A stretch of DNA of 64,000 nt from the NCBI GenBank assembly GCA_002256535.1, contig NMUJ01000007.1, positions 3,648 to 67,647 of the forward strand, read 5' to 3'. Below the pieces are notes generated by a model. The model saw only the letters and a list, made by a program, of their open reading frames with translations. It was not told the origin of the DNA and ran no database searches. The stretch comes from a candidate division WOR-3 bacterium 4484_18 (lineage in GTDB: Bacteria > Hydrothermota > UBA3073 > NMUJ01). Position numbers and translations under genes: made by a program. Position 1 is the first letter of the stretch; every line of letters begins with the position of its first letter. This document shows, piece by piece, positions 18,952-30,638 of the stretch.

Positions 18952-19923
18952 CTAACTCCTTCTATAAAAAGGTAGTTTCACCATCTCTGCATTCACGCGT
19001 TTCCCTCTTATATCCACCTCCACTTTGGTCCCCACCCCATACGCTATATTGACGTATCCCATACCAATTCCACATCCCAACGTGGGCGAATATCCCCCAC
19101 TCGTAATGTATCCTATCTCCTCATCCCCGAAATATAAGAGCTGCCCCTTCCTCGGTACGGCCTTTGCTTCTCTCACTACTATCCCTACTCTATGTTTTGT
19201 TATCTTCTCCTTCTTCAACTTCAAACTCTCCTTACCTATAAATTCACCCTTGTTGAGTTTCACAACCCATCCTAACTTTGCTTCCCATGGTGTGGTGGCC
19301 TCATTAATATCATTCCCATACAGTGGTAACCCAGCCTCTAACCTCAACACATCCCGTGCAATCAACCCACATACTGCCATATTGTACCTTTTACCCCCTT
19401 CTATCAACCTATCCCATACCTTCACACTTTCTTCGGATAATATGTAAATCTCCACCCCATCCTCCCCAGTATATCCTGTACGAGATACCATCACCTCCAC
19501 ATTATCGATCTCCTCCACCTCCACATTAAATCTTCTGCTATTCTCCCTCACCCATTCATAATCTTTACTTATGTTTGTAGCGTTAACCACCAACATAAAC
19601 TCATCCCCTTCCAACCTGTATACGATTAGATCATCTACAATACCACCTTCCGTATTACACATCATCGAATACTGTGCTGAAAATGGTCTCAGTTTACCCA
19701 CGTCATTTACTGTAATGTAGTTAACGAACTCAACCGCCTCCTTCCCTTTGATACTGAACTCACCCATATGGGATACATCAAACATCCCCACTTTCTCCCT
19801 AACCGCCCGTACCTCTTCTATCACCCCACGATAATACATGGGCATGTAGAAACCCGCAAACTCACCCATCTTCGCACCCAGCTCCACGTGCCTCTCATGG
19901 AGAGGCAACCGCTTCAACATCAC
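18952..19923 (-). CDS. gcvT: Glycine cleavage system T protein (aminomethyltransferase), possibly carrying an in-frame ~35-codon deletion
   Basis: 323 aa with MFDVSHMGEF, VSRTGYTGEDGVEIY and a C-terminal barrel. It is ~40 aa shorter than typical GcvT. The region between NVEVMVS and RTGYTGE that normally holds ~35 residues is missing. Confidence 0.75.
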   Translation of the reverse strand: MMLKRLPLHERHVELGAKMGEFAGFYMPMYYRGVIEEVRAVREKVGMFDVSHMGEFSIKGKEAVEFVNYITVNDVGKLRPFSAQYSMMCNTEGGIVDDLIVYRLEGDEFMLVVNATNISKDYEWVRENSRRFNVEVEEIDNVEVMVSRTGYTGEDGVEIYILSEESVKVWDRLIEGGKRYNMAVCGLIARDVLRLEAGLPLYGNDINEATTPWEAKLGWVVKLNKGEFIGKESLKLKKEKITKHRVGIVVREAKAVPRKGQLLYFGDEEIGYITSGGYSPTLGCGIGMGYVNIAYGVGTKVEVDIRGKRVNAEMVKLPFYRRS

Positions 19924-21020
19924 TCTTCTGGTACGAATCTATCTTTGAGCTTCTCCATAACCTGTGGTAACGTTGTATATTCCATTTCGGCAAGCCCTAA
20001 CCTATGTGGCTCAAACGGTCCATGTGCCCTCATATAGTTTGCGATAACGTTCGCCATACGACGTGCCTCATCGAAACTCGTGTCATCAAACATATCACGT
20101 GGCCCCACAAGCATCCCATCCTGCGTTATTTGTAAGCCTGCTGCTATAACTCGTGGTGGGCCATCAAACCTTGCTGGATTGGCCTGCCCAAATCCCACAG
20201 GCATAAGCGGTCCATGATGAGACCCCCTCATCCATCCTGCCACCAGATGTGGATTCGTAAATGGCTCCAACACCTCACCTACTGCTGGGAAGCCACTCTG
20301 TGTCCTCACTATAAGTACCGGATCGTCCTTCCCTACATATCTACCAGCCATCATCGATAGCTTCTGAGTCGATGACACAGCCGCTATCTTACCATCCTTT
20401 CTGAAGACTCGCTTTATTATGTAATGCTCCATTGCCCCTATTAAAACAAGCATATCGTACATCTCTTCAGGTATATCAAACACTATCTTCTTGTGCTCAT
20501 ACACATCCAAAACCTCAAACTTAAACCCACTATGAAGTTTAGGATCTATCACCAACCCCGCCGTGTTGAACGGATCCGCAAAAATCTTATATAGGATGAA
20601 ATTCCATGCCCCCGGTGATGTTTTATCCGCCATAAAAACAATCACAGGTTCGCTGGGTCTTACCTCTATTTCCATCTCCGCCACACCCGGTCCCATACCC
20701 TTCACATTGCCTGAGAATGCCTCACTAAGTATATCCTGACCCGCTCCGTATAAGCCCATCTTCTTTGCAATCTCCGTACATGCGGTAAATATATCCCATG
20801 CTGTTTTATGGATATCCGGGTTATCTTCACCCTTCGTATGTGTCATTATGAGTTCCAGATCGTCTCCACAATGCAATACCCTATAATCTTTGATGATCCC
20901 TCTCTCTTTTGCCTTAGCTAATTCCTCCTTCGCTTCATCCATAAGCGCTGGATGCATAGAAGAGTGGCCAACATATCCACCAATATCCGCTTTTATCACT
21001 GATAATGTAACCTTACCCAT
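19920..21020 (-). CDS. fbp: Bifunctional fructose-1,6-bisphosphate aldolase/phosphatase (archaeal-type FBPase V)
   Basis: 366 aa, N-terminal TLSVIKADIGGYVGH typical of FBP aldolase/phosphatase. Full length. Confidence 0.8.
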   Translation of the reverse strand: MGKVTLSVIKADIGGYVGHSSMHPALMDEAKEELAKAKERGIIKDYRVLHCGDDLELIMTHTKGEDNPDIHKTAWDIFTACTEIAKKMGLYGAGQDILSEAFSGNVKGMGPGVAEMEIEVRPSEPVIVFMADKTSPGAWNFILYKIFADPFNTAGLVIDPKLHSGFKFEVLDVYEHKKIVFDIPEEMYDMLVLIGAMEHYIIKRVFRKDGKIAAVSSTQKLSMMAGRYVGKDDPVLIVRTQSGFPAVGEVLEPFTNPHLVAGWMRGSHHGPLMPVGFGQANPARFDGPPRVIAAGLQITQDGMLVGPRDMFDDTSFDEARRMANVIANYMRAHGPFEPHRLGLAEMEYTTLPQVMEKLKDRFVPEE

Positions 21021-21031
21021 TTTTTCCTCCT

Positions 21032-21325
21032 TTATTTAATCTCTGACACCATACTTATGGCGCCAAACGGGCACTCCACCGCACATATGCCACATCCCTT
21101 ACAATACTCATAATCTATCACAAAACGCTCATTTTCTATCACAATAGCAGGTTCGGGACAGTACTTCCAACATATTCCACAGTTTTTACATTTCCCATAG
21201 TCGATCACTGGTCGCATCTGGCGCCATGTTCCAGTTTTGTTAACTCGCATACTACTTAATGACACAGCCAATGGTGGCATATCTTCAACACCTGCCCATT
21301 CTATCTTCTTAGCTTCCTTCTTCAT
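21032..21325 (-). CDS. porD: 2-oxoacid:ferredoxin oxidoreductase delta subunit (2x[4Fe-4S] ferredoxin)
   Basis: 97 aa with two CxxCxxCxxxCP motifs (CKNCGICWKYCP, CKGCGICAVECP). Confidence 0.7.
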   Translation of the reverse strand: MKKEAKKIEWAGVEDMPPLAVSLSSMRVNKTGTWRQMRPVIDYGKCKNCGICWKYCPEPAIVIENERFVIDYEYCKGCGICAVECPFGAISMVSEIK

Positions 21326-21882
21326 CTCAACCTCTTCTTCATAATTTCATAAGCCTCTTCAGCTGCCTTCACATTCTCCTCTTTTTTGACGGGTGCAAGC
21401 TTATGGACTGCCTTAAGTATCGCCTCTTTCGACACTACACCTGACCACGCAGCAAATGCACCCACCATCGGTGTATTCACGATAGGTGCAGTTTTTGATC
21501 CCAACCCATACTTAACAGCTATACTGGTAGCATCAATAGTTGCTATACTGTAGTTCACGTTTAGGTTAAGTTCACTTGGCTCCCGTGGTGTATTGATAAG
21601 CACCTTACCACCATCTTTTAACCCTTCAAACACATTAACACCACCTTCAATAAGTGTGGGATCAAGTACCACCACCATATCTGGGTGATATATTTTGCAT
21701 CTTAAAAATATCCTACAGTCGTTCACCCTCAAAAACGTAGCCACCGGTCTACCTCTTCTCTCAACCCCATACTCCGGAAACGCCTGTGCAAACTTACCTT
21801 CTTTTACCAATGCATCCGCAAGTATCTTAGACGCTACCACTGTACCTTGTCCACCCCTACCGTGCATCCTTATTTCTATCAT
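21322..21882 (-). CDS. porG: Pyruvate/2-oxoacid:ferredoxin oxidoreductase gamma subunit
   Basis: 186 aa, IRMHGRGGQGTVVASKILA motif typical of PorG. No porA/porB follow porD. Confidence 0.75.
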   Translation of the reverse strand: MIEIRMHGRGGQGTVVASKILADALVKEGKFAQAFPEYGVERRGRPVATFLRVNDCRIFLRCKIYHPDMVVVLDPTLIEGGVNVFEGLKDGGKVLINTPREPSELNLNVNYSIATIDATSIAVKYGLGSKTAPIVNTPMVGAFAAWSGVVSKEAILKAVHKLAPVKKEENVKAAEEAYEIMKKRLR

Positions 21883-22803
21883 TTTGCCCTCCCTGCCAGT
21901 TCTATCACCTTCATTGCACCCTCCTTCATAGATCGTACCGTGATAAGGTTTGCACTTTCGAGTATCTTCAACGCCTTATCCTCATTCGTCCCAGTCAACC
22001 TAACCATAGCCTTCATCACCTTCTCAGGGCTCGAACTTCCACCAATATCCAAGAAATTAGCAGGCTCCCCCCCATATCGCTTTATTATATCCATAGTAGC
22101 CATAGCGAGACCAGCCCCATTCACTACACACCCTATGTTGCCGTCCAATTTTATATAGCTCAGCCCATACTTTTTGGCTTCCCATTCCTTGACCTCATCT
22201 TCCTCTGGCTCACGCATAAGTTCTTGCCTTCTATACAACCCATTGTCATCGATTATAACTTTAGCATCACACGCATATATTTTACTTGCTGTATCAACTG
22301 CTAATGGGTTGATCTCCACAAGCGTAGCATCGTTCTCCTTGAATGCCCTGAATAGGTTCAAATATATCCTTGTGGCTTGCTTCCTAAGTTCAGGTTCCCC
22401 AAATACCTTAAACGCCAGCTGCCTCGCCTGATACGGCATAAGTTCAAACAACCCCATATCGATTGTCGTCTTGTATATCTTCTCAGGTTTCTCTCTCGCT
22501 ACCTCTTCAATATCCACACCACCCTCATCACTTGCCATAACTGTTACACTTTGACGTGCACGGTCCAACACCACCCCTATATAAGTCTCCCTTGTAATGT
22601 CGATCGCCCTTGCCACCAGTACCTTTTTAACTGTTATACCTACCTCTACCACCTACTAACACTTGTGCTTTGATCACTACTGGTAACCCCACCTCTTTCG
22701 CTACTTCTACTGCTTCATCTTTGGAAGTCACCACCTTACCTTCACCAAACGGTATCCCATATTTTTTTAGTAACTCTCTACTCAAATATTCCGGTAGCTT
22801 CAT
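21879..22803 (-). pseudogene. sucC: Succinyl-CoA synthetase remnant: sucC with a ~35-codon deletion plus frameshift, then an in-frame deletion fusing sucC to the last ~30 codons of sucD
   Basis: Frame 1 (ATG 22803) reads MKLPEYLSRELLKKYGIPFGEGKVV...AQVLVGGRG then stops. A second frame from 22652 continues VKKVLVARAIDITRETYIGVVLDR...LDIGGSSSPEKVMKAMVRL (SucC). It then runs directly into TGTNEDKALKILESANLITVRSMKEGAMKVIELAG, which matches the SucD C-terminus ([26 protein letters not shown]). About 1 kb of sucC 3' plus sucD is absent. Confidence 0.6.
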
Positions 22804-22820
22804 TTCTCATTAAAATACGT

Positions 22821-24067
<1,247 letters not shown>

Positions 24068-24076
24068 ATCATCTCC

Positions 24077-24574
24077 TTAAAACTTATACCCTATCTTACG
24101 TAGAAGTTGCTTACGCTTAGCTATCTCCGTGTCATCTTCCACACCTATTGGGGTGAACCCATCCACCACACCTAACACTCCCCTACCTTGTTCTGTTCTC
24201 ACCACAATGACTTCGAGCGGGTTGGCGGTTGCTGCAAAAATCTGGCATATCTCCGGTACGCGCTTCAGGTGTGGCATTATATTTATCGGGTACGCATCCC
24301 TCATGATAAGCACAAAGGTATGACCTGCCCCTATCTTACTAGCATTCTCCTTCGCAACCTCTATCAATTCATCATCATTACCCGCATATCTTATAAGGCG
24401 TGCACCCGATGCTTCATTAAATGCAAGCCCCCATTTTACACCCGGTACCGCACTTGCGACTGCTTCACCGATATCCTCCACACTTTTGATAAAATGTGTT
24501 TGCCCCACGATTATATTGGCATCCTTTGGTATGTTCAACTTCACAACCTCGAGTTCCATCTTTACCTCCTCCAT
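24077..24574 (-). CDS. Adenosine-specific kinase-like protein (PF04008-like)
   Basis: 165 aa with an overall pattern resembling the small archaeal/bacterial adenosine-specific kinase family. Assigned on pattern only. Confidence 0.4.
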   Translation of the reverse strand: MEEVKMELEVVKLNIPKDANIIVGQTHFIKSVEDIGEAVASAVPGVKWGLAFNEASGARLIRYAGNDDELIEVAKENASKIGAGHTFVLIMRDAYPINIMPHLKRVPEICQIFAATANPLEVIVVRTEQGRGVLGVVDGFTPIGVEDDTEIAKRKQLLRKIGYKF

Positions 24575-24644
24575 CTATTTAATTTCTTATGGATATCGAT
24601 ACCGTCAACATTTACCAAACTCAACCTCACCTTATATTATCACC

Positions 24645-25514
24645 ATGGCCATGGTGAAGATAAGGTTAGCATACCCTCGTGATGCGGGACACATTACACA
24701 GATACATCTATCGGATGCACCTTCACAAGTTGTTGCAGCCACCGACCCATACACCCGTTGGTATCATGGTGGCCCCTGGATGCATCCACTTACCGCATGC
24801 AAGTATATCAAACGTGTCACCCATCGTGGTGGTAAGATCTTTCTCGCCGTAGCTAAATACCCCATAGGGGAAGCGGACGTGTGGGAGAGCCATGAATGGC
24901 ACACCCGCATATTACATATCTCATTGTTATGGGTACACTTAAAGTATCGAAATAGAGGGGTTGGTAGCAGCTTGATGAACCACATAGTACAGTATGCAAG
25001 TCGAATAGGTGTAACTTACATAACTACCTGGCCAGAAGAGTCTGCGTTGAGCTTTTACGACAAATGGGGGTTCAGATTACACTTACCTCAAACCTATGTA
25101 AAGCTGCATGCCAGGAACTGGCACCTAAAATACGAGAGGCTACCCTTCACCCCACGTAAATTACCCACCACATTCACCCTATTGCTGGGTAAAACCCAAT
25201 GTTCACGTGAGCATTGGGAAATAGTACCCTGGGAGGTAAAGCTACTCAACCGCTACAAAGTAACACGTTTCTTCGCATTACATGGAACCGTACAGAACCT
25301 GCCATATTATCTCTACCTCACAAAATGGCCATGGGACGACCGCTACAGGGCTTATCTATGGGTCAAAGAGAAAGATCCAATCTTCATACCATTTATCCAG
25401 CAACTCGCCCATGATAATGGATGGCACTACATCACAACGGTGGTACCGAACAAGTTACTACCACGTAATAACTGTACAAGAATAAAACCCATCAACCTGT
25501 GGCGTAGGGGATGA
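24645..25514 (+). CDS. GNAT-family N-acetyltransferase with a Trp/His/Tyr-rich C-terminal extension
   Basis: Start chosen at MAMVKIRLAYP (24645) rather than track start 24486, which overlaps the upstream minus-strand gene. GNAT acetyl-CoA motif LLWVHLKYRNRGVGSSLMNHIVQYA. The C-terminal 150 aa are unusually rich in W, H and Y. Confidence 0.45.
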   Translation: MAMVKIRLAYPRDAGHITQIHLSDAPSQVVAATDPYTRWYHGGPWMHPLTACKYIKRVTHRGGKIFLAVAKYPIGEADVWESHEWHTRILHISLLWVHLKYRNRGVGSSLMNHIVQYASRIGVTYITTWPEESALSFYDKWGFRLHLPQTYVKLHARNWHLKYERLPFTPRKLPTTFTLLLGKTQCSREHWEIVPWEVKLLNRYKVTRFFALHGTVQNLPYYLYLTKWPWDDRYRAYLWVKEKDPIFIPFIQQLAHDNGWHYITTVVPNKLLPRNNCTRIKPINLWRRG

Positions 25515-25579
25515 TCTTTCACCCCCCCATATCATTGACAGCCCACATTCTTTAGTAACTTATAAAGATAGGAGGTAAT

Positions 25580-27286
25580 ATGGACTATAGACCAATACAT
25601 GCACCCCGTGGTACTCAACTCAGTTGCAAATCGTGGCTACTCGAAGCCCCCCTACGTATGTTGATGAACAACGTCGATCCCGACGTAGCTGAGATACCTG
25701 AGGAGCTCATCGTCTATGGAGGTGCCGGCAAAGCCGCCCGTAACTGGGAGTGCTTCTGGGCAATCGTCGAGAGTCTCAAGAATATGGATGAAGACGAGAC
25801 CTTACTCGTACAATCCGGTAAACCGGTCGCCATATTCCATACATCCACATGGGCACCAAGGGTGTTGATCGCCAACTCATTACTTGTACCTAACTGGGCA
25901 GATTGGGATCACTTTCGTAAACTTGAAGCTATGGGATTGATAATGTACGGTCAGATGACTGCCGGTAGCTGGATCTACATTGGTACCCAGGGCATAATAC
26001 AGGGTACCTACGAGACGTTTGCTGCCGCTGCCAGCAAACACTTTGATGGTACACTTCGTGGCAAATTTGTACTCACTGCAGGTATGGGCGGTATGAGTGG
26101 CGCACAACCTCTTGCTATCACCATGAACGGTGGTGTTGCCCTCGTTGTGGAGGTCAACCCCGCACGTATCGAACGTCGTCTAAAACAGGGTTTTGTCGAT
26201 ACCATGGTATGGGATCTTGACGAAGCCCTAAAGCTTGTTGATAAACATGTAAAAGCGAAAAAACCATATTCAATAGGGCTTGTAGGTAACGCATCCGACA
26301 CACATCCAGAGCTTGTACGTCGTGGCATAATACCGGATCTGTTGACGGATCAAACCTCTGCCCATGATACACTTAACGGCTACGTACCCGGTGGTATGAC
26401 GTACGAGGAGGCGATTGCCCTACGTCACCGTGACCCCGATACCTACGTTAAACTTGCGTATGAATCGATCGCCCGCCAGATGGAAGCTATGCTCGATATG
26501 CAACGTCAAGGTGCAGTAGCTTTCGACTACGGTAATAACATACGTGGACAAGCCGTTAAGGCAGGCGTCAAAGATGCATTCAACATACCCGGCTTTGTAC
26601 TCGAATATATACGGCCACTATTTTGTGAAGGACGTGGCCCATTTAGGTGGGTAGCCCTATCCGGTGATCCCGAAGACATCTACCGTACAGATCGTGCCGT
26701 GCTGGAACTGTTCCCCGAGAATGACATACTTACACGGTGGATCAAGCTTGCCGAGGAGAAGGTCCCCTTCCAGGGGTTACCTGCACGTGTCTGCTGGTTA
26801 GGCTATGGTGAACGTGCTGAGTTTGGTTTACGTATCAATCACATGGTATGTAAAGGTCAGCTCAAAGCCCCCATAGTGATAGGGCGTGACCATTTGGATG
26901 CTGGGTCGGTTGCCTCCCCCTATCGTGAAACTGAGCAGATGAAGGACGGTTCCGATGCGATAGCGGATTGGCCTATCCTCAATGGGTTGCTGAACACTGC
27001 ATCGGGTGCAACCTGGGTCTCAGTACACCATGGTGGCGGTGTAGGTATAGGTTACTCCATTCATGCAGGTCAGGTTATAGTAGCTGATGGCACAAAAATG
27101 TCAGACCTCAAACTCGAACGTGTGCTCACCAACGACCCAGGTATCGGTATCGCACGTCATGCAGATGCAGGTTACTCCAAAGCTATAGAGGTAGCACAAT
27201 CCAAACATATAAGGATACCGATGATAGAGTTTCGCTCCCAGCTACAAGAAATACTGACCAAGGAGCAACCCACCGAAGTAAGTTAA
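25580..27286 (+). CDS. hutU: Urocanate hydratase
   Basis: 568 aa, full-length match to the urocanase family including the NAD-binding GMGGMSGAQ and GxSxHxGGG regions. Confidence 0.9.
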   Translation: MDYRPIHAPRGTQLSCKSWLLEAPLRMLMNNVDPDVAEIPEELIVYGGAGKAARNWECFWAIVESLKNMDEDETLLVQSGKPVAIFHTSTWAPRVLIANSLLVPNWADWDHFRKLEAMGLIMYGQMTAGSWIYIGTQGIIQGTYETFAAAASKHFDGTLRGKFVLTAGMGGMSGAQPLAITMNGGVALVVEVNPARIERRLKQGFVDTMVWDLDEALKLVDKHVKAKKPYSIGLVGNASDTHPELVRRGIIPDLLTDQTSAHDTLNGYVPGGMTYEEAIALRHRDPDTYVKLAYESIARQMEAMLDMQRQGAVAFDYGNNIRGQAVKAGVKDAFNIPGFVLEYIRPLFCEGRGPFRWVALSGDPEDIYRTDRAVLELFPENDILTRWIKLAEEKVPFQGLPARVCWLGYGERAEFGLRINHMVCKGQLKAPIVIGRDHLDAGSVASPYRETEQMKDGSDAIADWPILNGLLNTASGATWVSVHHGGGVGIGYSIHAGQVIVADGTKMSDLKLERVLTNDPGIGIARHADAGYSKAIEVAQSKHIRIPMIEFRSQLQEILTKEQPTEVS

Positions 27287-27304
27287 CGAGTAAAAGGAGT
27301 CCAC

Positions 27305-28627
27305 ATGGGGTACGTCGAGGCATCAAGGGATAAAATTTTAAATCGCCGTTCGAAGATCGGCATAATAGGGTTAGGTTATGTGGGGTTACCGCTTGCACGT
27401 GAATTCCTGAAGAAAGGGTTCAAGGTACTCGGGTTCGATATTGACGAGGCTAAAGTTAACATGATAAACGCAGGCCAAAGTTACATCAAACACATAGATT
27501 CTGATTTCATAAGCCACTACAGGGAGAAGGGATACCTCGAGGCAACCACTGACTTCACCCGGTTAAGAGAGGCCGATCACATCCTAATCTGTGTACCAAC
27601 CCCACTTGGTAAGCACAACGAACCTGACCTATCTTACGTATTGAACACCACCCATACCATCAGCCATAACTTACGGCCGGGTCATCATATAGTACTGGAG
27701 AGTACAACCTATCCTGGTACAACGGAAGAGGAGCTGCTACCTATACTTGAGGAATCAGGTCTAAAAGTAGGTGAAACGTTCTTTTTAGGGTATTCTCCCG
27801 AACGTGAGGATCCTGGCAATAAAGAGTACACCACAGCCAATATACCCAAAGTTGTGAGCGGTGTCACCCCATCCTGCCTGGAAATTACGAAGTTACTCTA
27901 CGATCAAATTGTTAAGGAGACCGTCCCTGTATCATCACCCCGTATAGCGGAATCGACAAAACTACTTGAAAACATCTACCGTGCAGTCAACATAGCACTT
28001 GTAAACGAGTTGAAGATCATATTTGATCGCATGGGTATCGACATATGGGAAGTCATCAAGGCAGCTTCTACGAAACCGTTTGGTTTCCACCCTTTCTACC
28101 CAGGACCTGGGCTTGGCGGCCACTGTATACCAATCGACCCATTTTATCTCACATGGAAGGCACGTGAATACGGGCTCAATACCCACTTCATCGAGCTTGC
28201 AGGTGAAATTAATACCTCAATGCCATATTTTGTGGTGGATAAAACCATCCACGCACTCAACCAACATGGTAAATCATTAAAAGGTGCCAATATACTAATA
28301 CTCGGGGTAGCTTACAAACCGGACGTGGATGATATGCGTGAGAGTCCCGCACTTAAAATTATCGAACTATTGTGCGAACATGGTGCTATTGTGGATTATA
28401 ACGACCCACATATACCTGAATTACCACCCACCCGCAAGTATCGTTACAAAATGCGTTCTGTAGCGCTTACTCCTGAGACGTTCAAAAAGTATGATGCTGT
28501 CATCATAACAACAAATCATACCGCTTACGATTATGGGATGATCGCACAGCATGCCAAATTGATAGTTGATACACGTAACGCAATGGCCGGTATATCCGAC
28601 ATACGTGCCGAACTTGTAAAGGCCTAA
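27305..28627 (+). CDS. UDP-sugar (UDP-glucose/UDP-ManNAc/GDP-mannose family) 6-dehydrogenase
   Basis: 440 aa with the N-terminal Rossmann IGIIGLGYVGLPLA and catalytic Cys region GFHPFYPGPGLGGHCIP. Substrate not assignable. Confidence 0.8.
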   Translation: MGYVEASRDKILNRRSKIGIIGLGYVGLPLAREFLKKGFKVLGFDIDEAKVNMINAGQSYIKHIDSDFISHYREKGYLEATTDFTRLREADHILICVPTPLGKHNEPDLSYVLNTTHTISHNLRPGHHIVLESTTYPGTTEEELLPILEESGLKVGETFFLGYSPEREDPGNKEYTTANIPKVVSGVTPSCLEITKLLYDQIVKETVPVSSPRIAESTKLLENIYRAVNIALVNELKIIFDRMGIDIWEVIKAASTKPFGFHPFYPGPGLGGHCIPIDPFYLTWKAREYGLNTHFIELAGEINTSMPYFVVDKTIHALNQHGKSLKGANILILGVAYKPDVDDMRESPALKIIELLCEHGAIVDYNDPHIPELPPTRKYRYKMRSVALTPETFKKYDAVIITTNHTAYDYGMIAQHAKLIVDTRNAMAGISDIRAELVKA

Positions 28628-29391
28628 CCTTCACGTTTGATATAAGCGTAAGCGTTGTGATTGTGAATACTTTCCAGGCTCTCAACCTCTATTTCATATC
28701 CAAGTACACGCTCGTCATTGTTTAACTTAACTGCTACGTTACGGGCTACATCCTCAACAAATGAAGGATGTTCATACGCCCATTCAGTGACGTACTTCTC
28801 GTCTTCACGCTTGAGCAACGCATATACAGGGGCGGATGCACAATCCTCCACCATCTTGATAAGATCTTCTATCCACAGCAACCCACGAAAGTGCACCTTC
28901 ACCCCTATGTAAGCACGTTGGTTATGTGCACCCTTTTCTGAAATCTCCTTAGAGCATGGACATACTGTATTTACTGGTACTTCCACCCACAGGTAAAGTT
29001 TGATTCTATCCTTGAACCTACCGATAATCCCACAGTTATAACCCATCAAACTCTTAAGATTAGATGTAGGTGCTTGCTTTTCAATAAAATATGGGAAAAA
29101 CAGCTCTATATGCGCAGATTCGGCATCGAACATCTCTTTCATACGGTGTAAAATCTTTCCAATATTTTGTATCGCTATTTCACCCCTATACTCGTTAAGT
29201 ATTTCAACAAACCTACTCATATGGGTGCCACGAAAATTATGTGGCAAATTCACGTACATGTTCACCCTTGCAATAGTGTGTTGAAATTCATGCGCCTTGT
29301 CACGCAAAAGTATAGGATACGATAGGCCACGTACACCTACTTTATCAATGGGTATGCATCGATCGTCATTCTCACGTTGCACATCCTTCAT
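28624..29391 (-). CDS. folE2: GTP cyclohydrolase I type 2 (FolE2/MptA family)
   Basis: 255 aa with the FolE2 metal site CPCSKEIS. Full length. Confidence 0.8.
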   Translation of the reverse strand: MKDVQRENDDRCIPIDKVGVRGLSYPILLRDKAHEFQHTIARVNMYVNLPHNFRGTHMSRFVEILNEYRGEIAIQNIGKILHRMKEMFDAESAHIELFFPYFIEKQAPTSNLKSLMGYNCGIIGRFKDRIKLYLWVEVPVNTVCPCSKEISEKGAHNQRAYIGVKVHFRGLLWIEDLIKMVEDCASAPVYALLKREDEKYVTEWAYEHPSFVEDVARNVAVKLNNDERVLGYEIEVESLESIHNHNAYAYIKREG

Positions 29392-29740
29392 AGTAGCGTA
29401 CCCCCTGACGTTCGTCCTCCCAAACTTCTACATGTATCAATTTTAAATTATCTGGTATTTTGCGGTTCAAGTTTGTAAAAATGTACTTCGCGATATTCTC
29501 GACGGTTGGTGGGTTCACTTTGAAATAGGGTAAATCGTTCAAATACCTATGATCTAACTCTTTAAGTATCTCAGTTAACCACCTTCTTAACACGCGTAGA
29601 TCGACGACCATCCCATTGGTGTCTAAATTATCGCCCTCAACAGTCACCCACACACGGAAATTATGCCCATGTAGCTCCTCACCACAAATACTAAGCTTAT
29701 GTGCAGCAGCAAACCTATCCCCAACTATGAGCCTAAACAT
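29372..29740 (-). CDS. queD: 6-pyruvoyl-tetrahydropterin synthase family protein (QueD / PTPS-III-like)
   Basis: 122 aa with the CGEELHGHNF zinc/catalytic motif (CxxxHGH) and an EVWEDE C-terminal region. Confidence 0.75.
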   Translation of the reverse strand: MFRLIVGDRFAAAHKLSICGEELHGHNFRVWVTVEGDNLDTNGMVVDLRVLRRWLTEILKELDHRYLNDLPYFKVNPPTVENIAKYIFTNLNRKIPDNLKLIHVEVWEDERQGVRYYEGCAT

Positions 29741-29741
29741 A

Positions 29742-30638
29742 TCAAACCCTCAAACGTATTGTGATTGTGCTTACGTATCCCAGGTTATAGTGCCATCCAC
29801 CCAACATGTAAGAAAAGGTGATAGGTATATCCTTAGCGGTTAAGTTATAATCGAACCCTACATTCCAGACCCTTGTCCTATGTGCGATAGGTATCCCCAC
29901 ATTGATTTTCAAATCCGACGTCACCTCCATCTTCCCACTGATGATATAGAACAATGGTGTATCACTATCTTTACGTAGTTCAAGATTACCTGTAAAGTTG
30001 CTCCCTTTATAACTTAGATCTATCGCCAACACGATAGGTAACCGCACCCTGTAGTATCTTTCCGGAGTGTAGTATCCAATGGGTCCCAGGTTATCAACCA
30101 CAAATCCAATCTCCCATTTTTCACTGGGTCTGTGTGTTATACCTATTCCTATCGCCCAATGCGTAATGCTCGACACGTATATCTTCTCGTAGATCAATTT
30201 AGGTACAATACCAACCATTGTATTATCCCATACACGTGTATAACCACAGGTAAGCACAACTTGATATACACCATAGTAAGCTTGTAGCCATCTTCCAGTT
30301 TCATCCCGTAACTCCATATCTGCAATACCTGTACCTAATCCACTTACTTTGTAAAGATTACGGTTGTTCTTACGTACCCATTTAAATGCAAAGCAATCGT
30401 CTCCCATAAAGTATCGTGTGTACGAAGAATATAACCCTTCATCAACATCTTCAGCTGGGTTTGAATATTTGCACCACTCATAAGTTGTGGTTGGCAATTT
30501 AATAAACGCCAACCCCACATCAGGTTCGATCCTTTGTGTCCAATTATAGATTTTATGTATTGTATCTTCCAACCAATCCCTGAAACGATCCCATCCACTA
30601 CCGGATACCAGTATCAACAATAATAGGGTATAACTCAT
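29742..30638 (-). CDS. Hypothetical outer-membrane beta-barrel-like protein
   Basis: 298 aa, N-terminal signal peptide, alternating hydrophobic pattern with many Y/G and an aromatic-rich C-terminus. No family match. Confidence 0.3.
   Translation of the reverse strand: MSYTLLLLILVSGSGWDRFRDWLEDTIHKIYNWTQRIEPDVGLAFIKLPTTTYEWCKYSNPAEDVDEGLYSSYTRYFMGDDCFAFKWVRKNNRNLYKVSGLGTGIADMELRDETGRWLQAYYGVYQVVLTCGYTRVWDNTMVGIVPKLIYEKIYVSSITHWAIGIGITHRPSEKWEIGFVVDNLGPIGYYTPERYYRVRLPIVLAIDLSYKGSNFTGNLELRKDSDTPLFYIISGKMEVTSDLKINVGIPIAHRTRVWNVGFDYNLTAKDIPITFSYMLGGWHYNLGYVSTITIRLRV

Noticed and set aside
24486-24644. N-terminal 53-aa extension of the GNAT ORF
   Set aside because: It overlaps the convergent minus-strand gene ending at 24574 and has no motif. 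The internal Met at 24645 gives a normal GNAT length.
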